DNA of 64,000 nucleotides. It comes from Eledone cirrhosa (taxonomy: Eukaryota). Under the pieces are notes generated by a model. The model did not search any database and was not told where the DNA came from. It saw only the letters and a list, made by a program, of their open reading frames with translations. Position numbers and translations under genes: made by a program. Of the stretch, positions 12,014-23,570 are shown piece after piece. Location of the stretch: positions 94,798,001 to 94,862,000 of the forward strand of contig OZ024741.1 of NCBI GenBank assembly GCA_964016885.1. The letters are read 5' to 3'. Position 1 is the stretch's first letter. Every line of letters begins with the position of its first letter.

Positions 12014-14380
12014 ATCATCATCATCATCATCACCGTTTTACGTCCATTCTTCCACGCTAGCATGGGTTAGACGGGTTGTCCTGTTGTGGGCAGTGTCTGG
12101 TCAGCTGACCATGCCTTGCTCATACAGGAACTGATTTGGCTTGATTTCTACAGCTGGATGCCCTTCATAACACCAACCTCATTTACAGTGAGTGCTGGGT
12201 GCTTTTTCGTGGCGCCTACACGTCTACTTTACAGTGTGGGCTGGGTGCTATTTTGCCGTGGCACCTCCACGACCACCTTGCAGTGGGGGGTGTGGGGGCA
12301 TATTGTCTATATGCTTCAGCTTGCATCCATGGGAGGTCGGGTACTCTGTATTACTGCGTGACGCCAGAGGTCACGGTCGTGTGTCATCGCCTTTGAGAGG
12401 TGTAATTGGGTAAGGTCGGCTTTTATCACCTCATCCCAGGTCATTTTGGGTCTCCCCACTCCACGGTTTCCATCGACTTCTAGTGCTCTGCACCTTTTTA
12501 TGTCATCCTTCATACGCATTACATGTCCATACCAACCCAACCACCTCTCCTGCACACAGCATTTGATTCCTCTTATGCTCAGTCTCTCTCTCAATTCATT
12601 TATGCTTTGTCGTTCGCGTATATTACTATTACACATCCATCGGAGCATGCAGGCTTCGTTTCTCTCTAATCTACGTAAGTCTTCAACCTTCAGCGCCCAG
12701 GTCTCACTACCATGCAACATCGCTGTTCGGATACACGCATCATACAGTCTGCCTTTCATTTTGAGGGAGAAGCCTTTTGCAGCTAGCAGTGGTAGTAGTT
12801 CCCTAAACTTCTTCCATCCCGTTCTTACCCTAGTTATTGTACTTTCTGAACACCCACCTCCGCTGCTAATTCGGTCACCTAGGTAGCAGAAGCTGTCTAC
12901 TGTTTCTACAGAGCCCTCCCAGAGATTGGTGGTACTTGTTTCCTGTGGCTGTTTGCTGCTTGCTGTCCCAACACAGCTGCTGCATGTGAAGCCTACATTC
13001 TTAATTAAGCTTCCTGAGATCCCGTTACATCTCTTGTGTACCCATTGTTTGCATTTGGGGCAGAGAATGGAGTTCCTACCTACACCTTTCCTACATACTG
13101 AGCAAGGCCATTTCCCTGAGGGGATCTGGGTTCTGTCTTCTCGTCTACTTACAAGGACCTTAGTCTTTGTCATGTTGACTTTGAGACCCTTTCTTTCTAG
13201 TCCCTGCTTCCAAGTTTGGAATTTCTTCTCTAGTTCTACCATAGATTCAGCTATAAGTGCGAGGTCATCAACATACAGGAGTTCCCATGGGCATCCGGTC
13301 TTAAACTCCTCCGTTATTGCCTGCAGGACTATGATGAACAGGTGGGGGCTAAGAACAGAGCCCTGGTGGACCCCAACCTGTACGCTAAATTCCTCGCTAT
13401 ACTCATTGCTAATCCTAACTTTGCTGACTGCTCCCCTATACATGGCTTGTACCGCTTTCACAAGCCATTCATCTACTCCTAGTTTTCTAAGAGCCCACCA
13501 GATTACAGCACGTGGAACTCTGTCAAAGGCTTTCTCGAGATCGATGAATGCCAGGTAGAGTGGCTTACTTTTAGCTAGGTACTTTTCCTGTAACTGCCTC
13601 ACAAGGAAGAGGGCATCAGTGGTGCCTCTTCCTGGTACAAACCCAAATTGCATCTCATCTAGTTTCACCCGGTCCCTAATCAACTGTGCTATAACTCTTT
13701 CTGTTACTTTCATGACCTGGTCCATCAGCTTTATACCTCTATAGTTTCCTCTATCTAGTGCATCACCTTTACCTTTGTAGCAGTTGACAATGATGCTACT
13801 GCACCAATCTTTTGGTATGACACCTAGTATTACCTGGTTAACAATACGTGTGGTTATAGTGTGACCTACAGACCCAGATGCCTTCAGCATCTCGGCAGCT
13901 ATACCCGATGGACCGGTTGCCTTCCCCATCTTCATATCTTTGATTGCCTTACTTACTACGCTGCTGCTGGCTTGTACTGCTGGCCCCTCTATAGGGTCTA
14001 CTTGGGGTAGGGTCTCTTCTTCCCATGCATTCTCCTCATTTAGTAATCTATCATAATGACTCTTCCATGCATCTTTCTTCTCAGCACTTATGAGAGCAAG
14101 CTCACCTTTATCATTCCGGATACACTTCTCTCCAATGACATCACAATTCTCTATGACACACTGCCTCACAATCTTGAACACCTCCTGTTTCTGGTCCTCA
14201 CGTTGCAAAACATGCTTGAATTTTCTATCCTCTGCTTCCCTCCTAGCTAAGTATACTTGTCGCCTAGCTCCCCTCTTGGTCTCTATGTAATGTACCCTGC
14301 TCCCCCAGTTCTTCCATTCTTTCCATGCCTGTCTCTTGGCCTTAACTGACTCATCTACCTTAACTGCCTCATCTACCACC
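12014..14380 (-). mobile_element. RTE LINE, 5'-truncated, open 688-aa RT-containing frame
   Basis: ORF 12316-14382 with full RT motifs (YVDD at the catalytic site) and C4HC3 finger; (ATG)n tail at about 12014-12032. Confidence 0.95.
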
Positions 14381-14597
14381 AAGTCACTCTCCTCCTGCTT
14401 GTGGTCTTACTCCATCCACAGACCTCATCCGTCGCCTCTAGTAAGTTATTTTTTATATATATATATATATATACCTATATATATATATATATTATTTATA
14501 TTTATTTATATTATTTATATATATATATATATATATACCTATATATATATATATATATACCTATATATATACATGTATATATGTATATATATAGGTA

Positions 14598-15130
14598 TGA
14601 GTCACCCTCCTCACCAAGAAACCTTGGTGAGGAGGGTGACTGGACATCCTGCAGGACTAAAAACAAAATCTGTCAAAGGGAAAAGAAGCTCTTAAGACTC
14701 AATAGCCATCCAAAATCACCAGCAGAGATGACTCCTTAGCCTTTGTCAAGGCAGAATTCAAGGAGAAGGAAAACTCTGATATAACACCTGCAACCCTGAT
14801 GATATCCAATGATGTTGACTTGTTCTTCTTTTTGGTAAATATCATCTTGGTTAAGAGAGTGGGACTGGCTTTGTGCAGTGCCTTTGCTCACTATAAAAGC
14901 TTCACGGCACAGGCATTGCTTTATATCTGGAGATCTCTCTGCACTTGTCGTCACATGGTACCATGGGCCCAGCACTATGTGTCAATAATTATCACAAGTG
15001 TAGTGTTTGTACCAGAGTTTTCAAGTCGCTGGCTGGACTAAAAAGTCACACTCGTTCAGCGTATCGGTAGGGGTTCTCCTACGTGGATATAAAGTACTGG
15101 CCGTAGTCAAAAACGAGTTGGCAGCCACCA
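14598..15130 (+). mobile_element. Non-autonomous RTE-derived element, copy 1
   Basis: Closely similar to 15846-16454; 3' part reads [22 protein letters not shown] (C2H2-like LINE C-terminus); TA-flanked; starts with a hairpin GTCACCCTCCTCACCAAG-AAAC-CTTGGTGAGGAGGGTGAC. Confidence 0.6.
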
Positions 15131-15154
15131 TATATATATATATACATGTATAGC

Positions 15155-15782
15155 TGATAAATTCCGACCTCACACGCTTACACCTCTCCAAGACAATGTC
15201 ACTGGACCGAGACCTTTGGCGGTACTCAGTAATAGAGAAGACCCGCCTTACCTAAATACAAAGTAAAAACCTACTACAGTCAGTAGGCATCTCTATCAAA
15301 ACACCCCCCCCCCCCCCCCCCGTCCACCACCCTCCACCCCATCCACACCGCCCCTTTCAATGTACAGTTATGTTGGTCCCACAACATCCAGGGCCGAAAC
15401 AAATGAGATCGTGTAGGTGTCACGACAAAAAAACACACAGTCACGCTGTAAATGTGGCCCGTGTAGGCAACACGGTAAAAACCTCCCAGCCCCCACACTG
15501 TAAATGTGGTTTGGTGTTAGGGAAGGGGCATCCAGCTGTAGGAAAACCCGCCAGACAGTCCACGCTGTAATGTGGCCGTGTAGGTAACACGGTAAAAACC
15601 TCCCAGCCCCACACTGTAAATGTGGTTGGTGTTAGGAAGGGCATCCAACTGTAGAAAACTCGCCAGACAGTCCTATGCGAGCAAGGACAACCACTCTTGC
15701 CTCAAGTGGGAAAACCCCCGTCCAAACCCATGCAAGCTGTGGAACACGGACGCTAAACCTGATGATGATGATGATGATGATG

Positions 15783-15785
<3 letters not shown>
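15155..15785 (+). mobile_element. RTE LINE 3' UTR fragment
   Basis: Reverse-complement homolog of 9576-10070 with an extra internal subrepeat; (GAT)n tail. Confidence 0.85.
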
Positions 15786-15816
<31 letters not shown>

Positions 15817-15845
15817 GTATATATATAATGGTATATATATATACA

Positions 15846-16454
15846 TGTCAAGTCACCAGTTAGTGCTACTGGTAACATGTATCCCAGTACAACCTGTCTC
15901 ATGGTTGGGTCGTTGGCGACTAAACTGGCAACCCCACCAAGGTTTCTTGTGAGGAGGGTGACTTTGGACATCCTACAGGACTAAAAACAAAACCTGTCAA
16001 AGGGCAAAGGAGCTCTTAAGAGTCAATGGACATCCAAAATCACAGGGAGAGATGACCCCTTAGCCTTTGTCAAGGCAGAATTCTAGGAGAAGGAAAACTC
16101 TGATATAACACCTGCAACCCTGATGGTATCCAATGATGTTGACTTGTTCTTCTTTTTGGTAAATATCATCTTGGTTAAGAGAGTGGGACTGGCTTTGTGC
16201 AGTGCTTTTGCTCAATATAAAAGCTTCACGGCACAGGCATTGCTTTGTATCTGGAGATCTCTCTGCACTTGTCGTCACATGGTACCATGGTCCTACCACT
16301 ATGTTTCAATAATTGTCACAAGTGCAGTGTTTGTACCAGAGTTTTCAAGTCGCTGGCTGGACTAAAAAGTGACACTCGTTCAGCGCATCAGTAGGGGTTC
16401 TCCTACATGGATATGAAGTAGTGGCCGTACTCGAAAACGAGTTGGCAGCCGCCA
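15846..16454 (+). mobile_element. Non-autonomous RTE-derived element, copy 2 (longer 5' end)
   Basis: Direct repeat of 14615-15130 with about 90 extra 5' bases; CTAGGAGAAGGAAAACTCTGA resembles RTE 5' UTRs; C2H2 remnant ends ...HTRSAH. Confidence 0.6.
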
Positions 16455-16600
16455 TATATATATATATATATACATATACATGTATATATACATGTATATA
16501 TATATACATGTATATATACATGTATATACGTATATGTATATAGGTATATATATATGTGTATATATATATATATTTATATATATATATGCATATATATATG

Positions 16601-16631
<31 letters not shown>

Positions 16632-16673
16632 GTATATATATATGTATATATATATATATTTATATATATATGT

Positions 16674-16709
<36 letters not shown>

Positions 16710-16711
16710 AC

Positions 16712-16749
<38 letters not shown>

Positions 16750-16773
16750 GTATACATATATATATATGTATAC

Positions 16774-16809
<36 letters not shown>

Positions 16810-16834
16810 GTATACATATATATATATATATATG

Positions 16835-16883
<49 letters not shown>

Positions 16884-17085
16884 GTATACATATATATATA
16901 TGTATACATATATATATATGTATACATATATATATATATATATATATATGTATACATATATATATATATATGTATACATATATATATATATATATATATG
17001 TATACATATATATATATATATGTATACATATATGTATACATATATATATATATATATATATGTATACATATATATATATATATGT

Positions 17086-17163
<78 letters not shown>

Positions 17164-17299
17164 ACATATATATATATATATGTATACATATATGTATACA
17201 TATATATATATATATATGTATACATATATGTATACATATATATATATATGTATACATATATGTATACATATATATATATATGTACATATATATATATGT

Positions 17300-17381
<82 letters not shown>
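16454..17381. repeat. About 930-bp (TA)n tract with periodic TGTATACA interruptions
   Basis: Direct reading; source of spurious YI-repeat ORFs. Confidence 0.97.
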
Positions 17382-17385
<4 letters not shown>

Positions 17386-19767
17386 TGAGTAATAAGGAAA
17401 AGAGGAACAAAGAGAAGATGGCTTTATGAGTAAAAAAAAAAGACATTGATTTTGTTGAGAAAGGTTTATTTTGGAAGCTGACAGAGAAATCAATTATGTA
17501 ATTGTGAAGCATAGTAAACCATTTTCAGAAAATAGGAATAATTTATAAAGAAATAATCTTGTTTCTCTGTTATCACCAAACAAGAAAAACCAGTTTATGA
17601 AATGAAAGTGGCCACCAAGGGAAAATAGCCAAGATTATTGTTAAGTGGTTATATCTTTAGTTCTAAGACTGAAAGCTGAAAGATGTTTCTGGAGAAATTC
17701 TACTGTAGGTTGAAATCACAGAAGTATACTTTCAAGAACATCTTTAAAATATTTAAAAAATCTAAATCTTAGACTGATGTAAATTTTTAGAAAAACAATT
17801 AGAATCTCCAAACTGAATAAGTAGTAATTTTTACATTTCCTTACTTTCAATCTCACAGGCTTTTCTATAATTTAAAAAAGCTCATAATTATTTTGATATG
17901 ATTTTATCGACCATTTCTTTCCCACTAGACATTCACACACTCTTGTTTGTTTAAACACAATTTATTAACCAGTTTATATTGAGGTTTTCATAGTTGCCAA
18001 CAACTCTGCAGGTGAGTGGAGATAAGACAAAATGAGATATTCCAAGGCTAATATAGAGATTTTAGCTACTCTTGTATCAGTAGAATTAATGTTAATGATA
18101 AGCTTCAGATATTTTTTTCTCAAATCAACTTGCTGTTATCTAATTTGTTTGATTCATAGTAGTTAATGTCTCATAATATATTAAGATGTAATATTCTTAA
18201 TTTTATACGCAATAGCTACACTCTAGAAAAAAAAATTGACAATATTTCCAAAAGTTAAGTAAATTTTTACTGAAACCGAGACACTAAAAAGCAGCATATT
18301 TGTTAAGATGGTTCCCTGAACATTTTAGAATAAACAAAAAATATTTCATTGAAGTTTCTACATCAACTATATTAGGGGAATATGAAGTTCCTCAGAAAAT
18401 GAGATGTCAATATCATAACATTTCACAAAAATAAAGATAACCAGACTAATTGTAATAATCAACAAGAGAATATAATTAGTTAATCAGTTGGTGATAGGAA
18501 AGGTGTCTATCTTTAGAAAACCTGCCAATAAAATGGTTGGGAGGACTCTTCAGCTATGTCAAAGACATGAAAACCTCCATAGTGTTAGTGATTACACCAT
18601 AAATGCACCCAGTATACATTGTAAAGTGGTTGGTGATAGGAAGAGTGCCTAGCTTTAGAAAAAGGGTTGGGAGGACTCATCAGTTGTGTCAAAGACATAA
18701 CATCTGATAAATAAAGTACCAGTAATGCACTAGGGTATATTCAATCGACTTTCCCCGCCCCCCAAATTGTTGGCCTTGTACCTAAATCAGAAACCATTAT
18801 CAAGTTTTGAAACAACTTAACAAAATTTGTTACATGAAATTATGTTGAAATGTTTTTTAGATAAATATAAACACTTTAAAACAAACATTTTATATCACAG
18901 AACCAGGTGTGGTTTCAGGTGGTTTAGTATCAAGGCATCTACCATCACACAGCTCAAAGATCTTTTTAAATTCCCATTCAAAAAGGATGTAAGATAGAGA
19001 AATGTTATTTTCCCTAAACTATTCAAATATTTAGAGACTGCACAGGTAGCAGGATAAGTGTTGGATGAAATGGGTATTAAACTCATCAGTGAATTTAATT
19101 TTCAGACAACAGAGTTCTCGTATAAGGAGACAGCAACCAAATTTTAAACTGTGTTAGAACAACTGAATTCAGAAGAAAACAAGGAATAATGTTCAACAAA
19201 CTAATAGACAAAGTTCCTAATATCAAAGTTGAAGAAACATCCCTCCAGGTAGTAAAAGCCTTAATAACACAACCAGTAACAAAATGCCTTAATAACACAA
19301 CCAGTAACAAAAAAGAAAAAAATGTCAAATTACCTTAATCATTTCATTTCCATATTTCTAATGAAAAACATTACCTATAATTTTCAAATGATTTTGTAAA
19401 TAATCAAGAATTTGATGGGTTTTAGTAATAACTGTTTCTACTTTTGGCACAAGGCCAGCAATTACCCAGTACATTACTGGTACTTTATTTTATCGACCCC
19501 GTAAGGATGAAAGGCAAAGTTAACCTCGGCGGGATTTGAACACGGACCGTAAAGGGACGTAACTATGCTGGAAAGCATGGCGTCCGACTCTCTACTGATA
19601 CTGCCAATCTTAGTAATAACATTGGAGCATAACTTAAAGTATCTTACATAAAATTATGATGGAAGAATTTTAGATAAATATAACAATCTGAAATCAAACA
19701 ATTTTGTATGATAGAACTGGAGGCGATTTCAGACAGTTTTTTTTTATCAAAAGGGTTGAACTCTTAA

Positions 19768-20034
19768 CCCTTTAGCATTTAAACCAGCCATATCTGGTCA
19801 GAACTCACCTCTTTCTGTTCAAACTAGCTGTAATTGGCCACTTATTCTGACGTTAAAGTATTGTTCTCAAAATAAATAACATCAAAATCTCATAGATTCA
19901 ATATTATTTGAGATAATTATGTAAGATAAAGCCTTTACTGTGAAAATACAATAATAAATATCATCATCATCATCACCGTTTTACATCCGTTCTTCCATGC
20001 TAGCATGAGTTAGAGTAATGTAAATGCTAAAGGG
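19768..20034. mobile_element. piggyBac-like MITE containing a small RTE 3' tail
   Basis: TTAA|CCCTTTAGCATTTA...TAAATGCTAAAGGG|TTAA; (CAT)n RTE end at about 19960-20012. Confidence 0.8.
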
Positions 20035-20486
20035 TTAAATCTTTGGCTGGATGAATTCTATTTTTAAAAACAAACTGCCAATGTGCCATCCCAACAACTT
20101 CTTATTGTGTAGAAATATGGAACCTGACAAAGGAAATGACAAACTAAGAACAGCTCAACATGCGCACAACACATTATGCTTGGCCATATCATAGAACAAG
20201 CAATGTATCTGAAAACCAACAAAACTGAATTACATCATTGAATTGGAGTTGGGCTGGACACAACTATGGGATAACTGACAATAGGTGAATGAAAAACTGA
20301 CAGACTGGATTACAAGAAACCATGAAAGAAACAGAGAATGATGACACCACAATGAAGAAATGAATTGGATAGATTTGACAAAAATTGGAAACTGGGCAGC
20401 CAAAGTTTTGGAGAGAAAAGGCAAAGGCTTGTTTACCTAGCAGTGGGAAAACAATGGCAGCTTTGATTGATTATCAAGCTCTAGAG

Positions 20487-20772
20487 CAGAGGTTCTCAAA
20501 CTTTTTGGGCCACTGCTCCCTTCACAGCCACGTAATACCCTCATCTCCTCCACCCATATTTCCAGAGAGACATGCCTACATGCAAATTGTAAAAATATAT
20601 AATAAATAAAATCGTTAATTTATAAATAATAAATAATATAACATATACTATGTATAAATTAAATATATTAATATGTATCATTTGATATTTAATATACTAA
20701 TATATCATCTCTACCCCCACCACTGCCTCCTTAGAGGGGGGGGGGGGGTAGCGCCCACTTTGAAAACCTCTG
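20487..20772. mobile_element. hAT-like MITE
   Basis: TIR CAGAGGTTCTCAAA / TTTGAAAACCTCTG with perfect 8-bp TSD CTCTAGAG. Confidence 0.85.
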
Positions 20773-21473
20773 CTCTAGAGAAACAGAATTTACTTAGAAT
20801 TGCAACAATGCTTTTGTACAAGCCAGTTAACAGTGAAAATAATGTCCTGTTTATGATAAAGGCAAGGAAGTAATGTAAATATTTTTTCTTCTTTTCTTAT
20901 CCCATAAATACTTTGGGCAATCATCCAAGTATTATGTTGGATCTTTGAGCATTCAAGAATTGACATAGTTCACATCCCCCAAATTTGGCACAAGAAAGAA
21001 GTCATATGGTCTGCCTGTTCTTTAACCAAAGATTTTTACTCTGCTTCTTTGATACATGTACTTGGGAGTCTCATAATATATACATAGTTTTATACTGAAA
21101 CCTAATTCTACATGGCAAGCTTGTGTTTCCTTGATATCACAAAGAGAAGCACTTTCAGCCTATATCATCAATATCATCATTTAACATCTATTTTCCATGC
21201 TTGCATGGATTAAACAGGCAGTCATGTACTGAGGCTAGACTGGTCAGATGACCACATCTTGCTCATATGCAGTAAATTTGATTCCTAACATATTAATATT
21301 TTTTGGCTTCCTATATTAAATGTGGAAACTCTTTTACTCAAAAGAATGGATTCTTCATACATTATTTTTGATCAATAATAACCAACTCCTATACCCATAA
21401 AGATGGTAACCACAAGTAATTCATTCTGTTTGAATTACACTAAAAAAATGATAGAGCTGCTGCTATTGTTTAA

Positions 21474-21681
21474 CCCTTTATCATTTACATTACTCTATAT
21501 ATACTATGGAATTTTTGTGGTAAAAGCTTTATCTTACATAATTATCTCACACAATATCGAATCTACGAAATTTTAATGTTATTTATTTTGAGAACAATAT
21601 CTTAACGTCAGTTACGGTCAGTTTGAACAAAAAGAGGGGAGAGAATTCTGGCCGGATATGGCTGGTTAAAATGTTAAAGGG
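21474..21681. mobile_element. piggyBac-like MITE
   Basis: TTAA|CCCTTTA...TAAAGGG|TTAA; inverted relative to the 19768 and 22149 copies. Confidence 0.8.
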
Positions 21682-22148
21682 TTAACCCCCAGATCAGGCA
21701 GAGCGATACGAGTAAAATGCAGGTAGTCATTTAAATTACTATGTATAATCTACAGATATCTTGATCTAGACAACCATCCATCCATAACCTCTAACTAGAG
21801 AAATATCATATTGTGCAGGGGTTTATATATGGAATGCTATGTGGTATTCTATGCATTCTGCTTTTTCCCCACAACTGAGTTATATATATATTTTGTATAC
21901 CTATAATTTCTAGGAGTAGCCTTGTCACAAAAGAAGTAGTTAAGGTGAATTTGGTCAGAGAAACAGAACTACAGTTTTTCTGTACTTATCAATAGTGATG
22001 TGCCAGAACTGTATCTTTTATTCTTATGAAACTTTTTACTTATATTACTGGTATAAGGCAGGTTATATATTAGCTCTTGCTGCTTTCAAAGATTTCCTTC
22101 CAATATAGGACAACCTTCAAAGTCTCTATTGAGAATATATACACTTAA

Positions 22149-22349
22149 CCCTTTAGCATTTAAACCGGCTATATCCGGCCAGAATTCTCTCACCTCTTTT
22201 TGCTCAAACCTGCCATAAATGGCTGCTCATACTAATGTTAAGGTATTGTATGCAAAATAAATAAATCCAAAATCTCAAGATAGTTATGAGATCAAATGTT
22301 TACCATGAAAATACAATAGTATATATAGAGTAATGTAAATGCTAAAGGG
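22149..22349. mobile_element. piggyBac-like MITE
   Basis: TTAA|CCCTTTAGCATTTA...TAAATGCTAAAGGG|TTAA. Confidence 0.85.
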
Positions 22350-23029
22350 TTAAACATAACAAAGCATGGAAAGGTGTACATGTGTATACGTGTGTGTGTA
22401 TGTGTGTAGATAGGAGAGAGAGAGAGAGAGCATGTAGTAGATTAGAGTATATTGAGAAATGATTGAGATAAATTGAACATACATACAGAGAGAGGATGTG
22501 AAGAGAAGGGGGAGTAAAGAGAGAGAGGGAGTAAAGAGAGAGAGTGTGTGAAGAGAGAGAGACTGAGAAATAAAGTAAAAAAAGAGGCAATAATTGAAAG
22601 ACAGAAAGCAAGAGATAGAGAGAAAGTGGGAGAGAGAAATATAGAGAGCAAGATACTTGTGTGTGTGTGTGTGTGTGTGTGTGTTCTGTGTGGGCGTGGT
22701 GACAATAATCAGGCAAGCTGGCAGGTGTTAGCAGAGTAAACCCCCCCAAGCCATATGTGTATGTAGATACTGCCCTTGAGCTGATGATCTGCAGTCTGCA
22801 GCCATAAACACTTAACATCTTGCTACTCACAACAGACAGATCAAGCTTTCCATGGAAGCCAAAACACACATACATATATACATACATACACACACACACA
22901 TATATATATTCAAAATAGTTGGTGCACAGGATAAAGAACGGAAAGACGGACAGTCTCATCTCCTAAGGCAACCTCTGGAAATCACTACGGTTTCAGTGCA
23001 TTAAGTTCCCAATTGTCAAATTTTGCACC

Positions 23030-23570
23030 GTTGTAGACCCTCTTTAGGGTCTCAGGATACATAAACTATGTGTATCAATACCATGCCTCCCACAACAGGT
23101 TGCAGTCCTATTACCAGTTCTTGTAGCATTGGATGGAGACTCCAATATATTTTTCGAACAGCCACCCCCACCCCCCACCTGAGGTCTGAACACATCCCTT
23201 GTTATCCTGCATGAAGGACAATTTGGTATGGATGCCTTTACTGTTTTGGGCCATATTGTAGTGTTTTGGTGGTTTTATTTGCACCAGTCACCAATTTTGT
23301 ACTTTTCTCAGACCCTAGAAGAATAGGCATTTTTAGAGACGGCCTTTACTTGCCTCATCGTAGCTACCTTCCTGGGTTGTGAGAGTTTTCTTTGGAGGTA
23401 ACAGTGTCACCTATTGCTCCATCTCTCCTAGTAGTTTACTGCTGTTGGTCCGGGGTTACTTATTCACTCAGCAAGAGCCTGCTTATATCATAACTAACCA
23501 TATATCTGGTGGCCATATTGCTATCCACCACCTGCGACCCATTCTCTAGCAGAACTGTTCTGCCAAGAAA
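23030..23570. repeat. Old dispersed repeat, second copy at about 26985-27660 (SINE-interrupted)
   Basis: Shared blocks such as GATGGAGACT.CAATATAT.TTT.GAAC, GTAGTTTAC..CTGTT.GTCC.GGGTT.CTTATTCA and TATCCACCACCTG.GACC. Confidence 0.6.

Noticed and set aside
12446-13558. Antisense ORFs over LINEs (also 8157-9058, 48102-50542)
   Set aside because: Shadow frames of retrotransposon coding sequence.
16380-17493. Long YI/IY-repeat ORFs here and at 33.6-34.2k, 38.3-38.7k, 45.9-46.6k, 50.5-51.2k
   Set aside because: Translations of stop-free (TA)n microsatellites.
19105-19248. AG...GT bounded exon-like segment
   Set aside because: Stops in all three frames.
22781-22810. CTGATGA followed by CTGCAG T CTGCAG; other lone CTGATGA at about 14796, 24534, 25264
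   Set aside because: No correctly placed GAAA, stem III or stem I.
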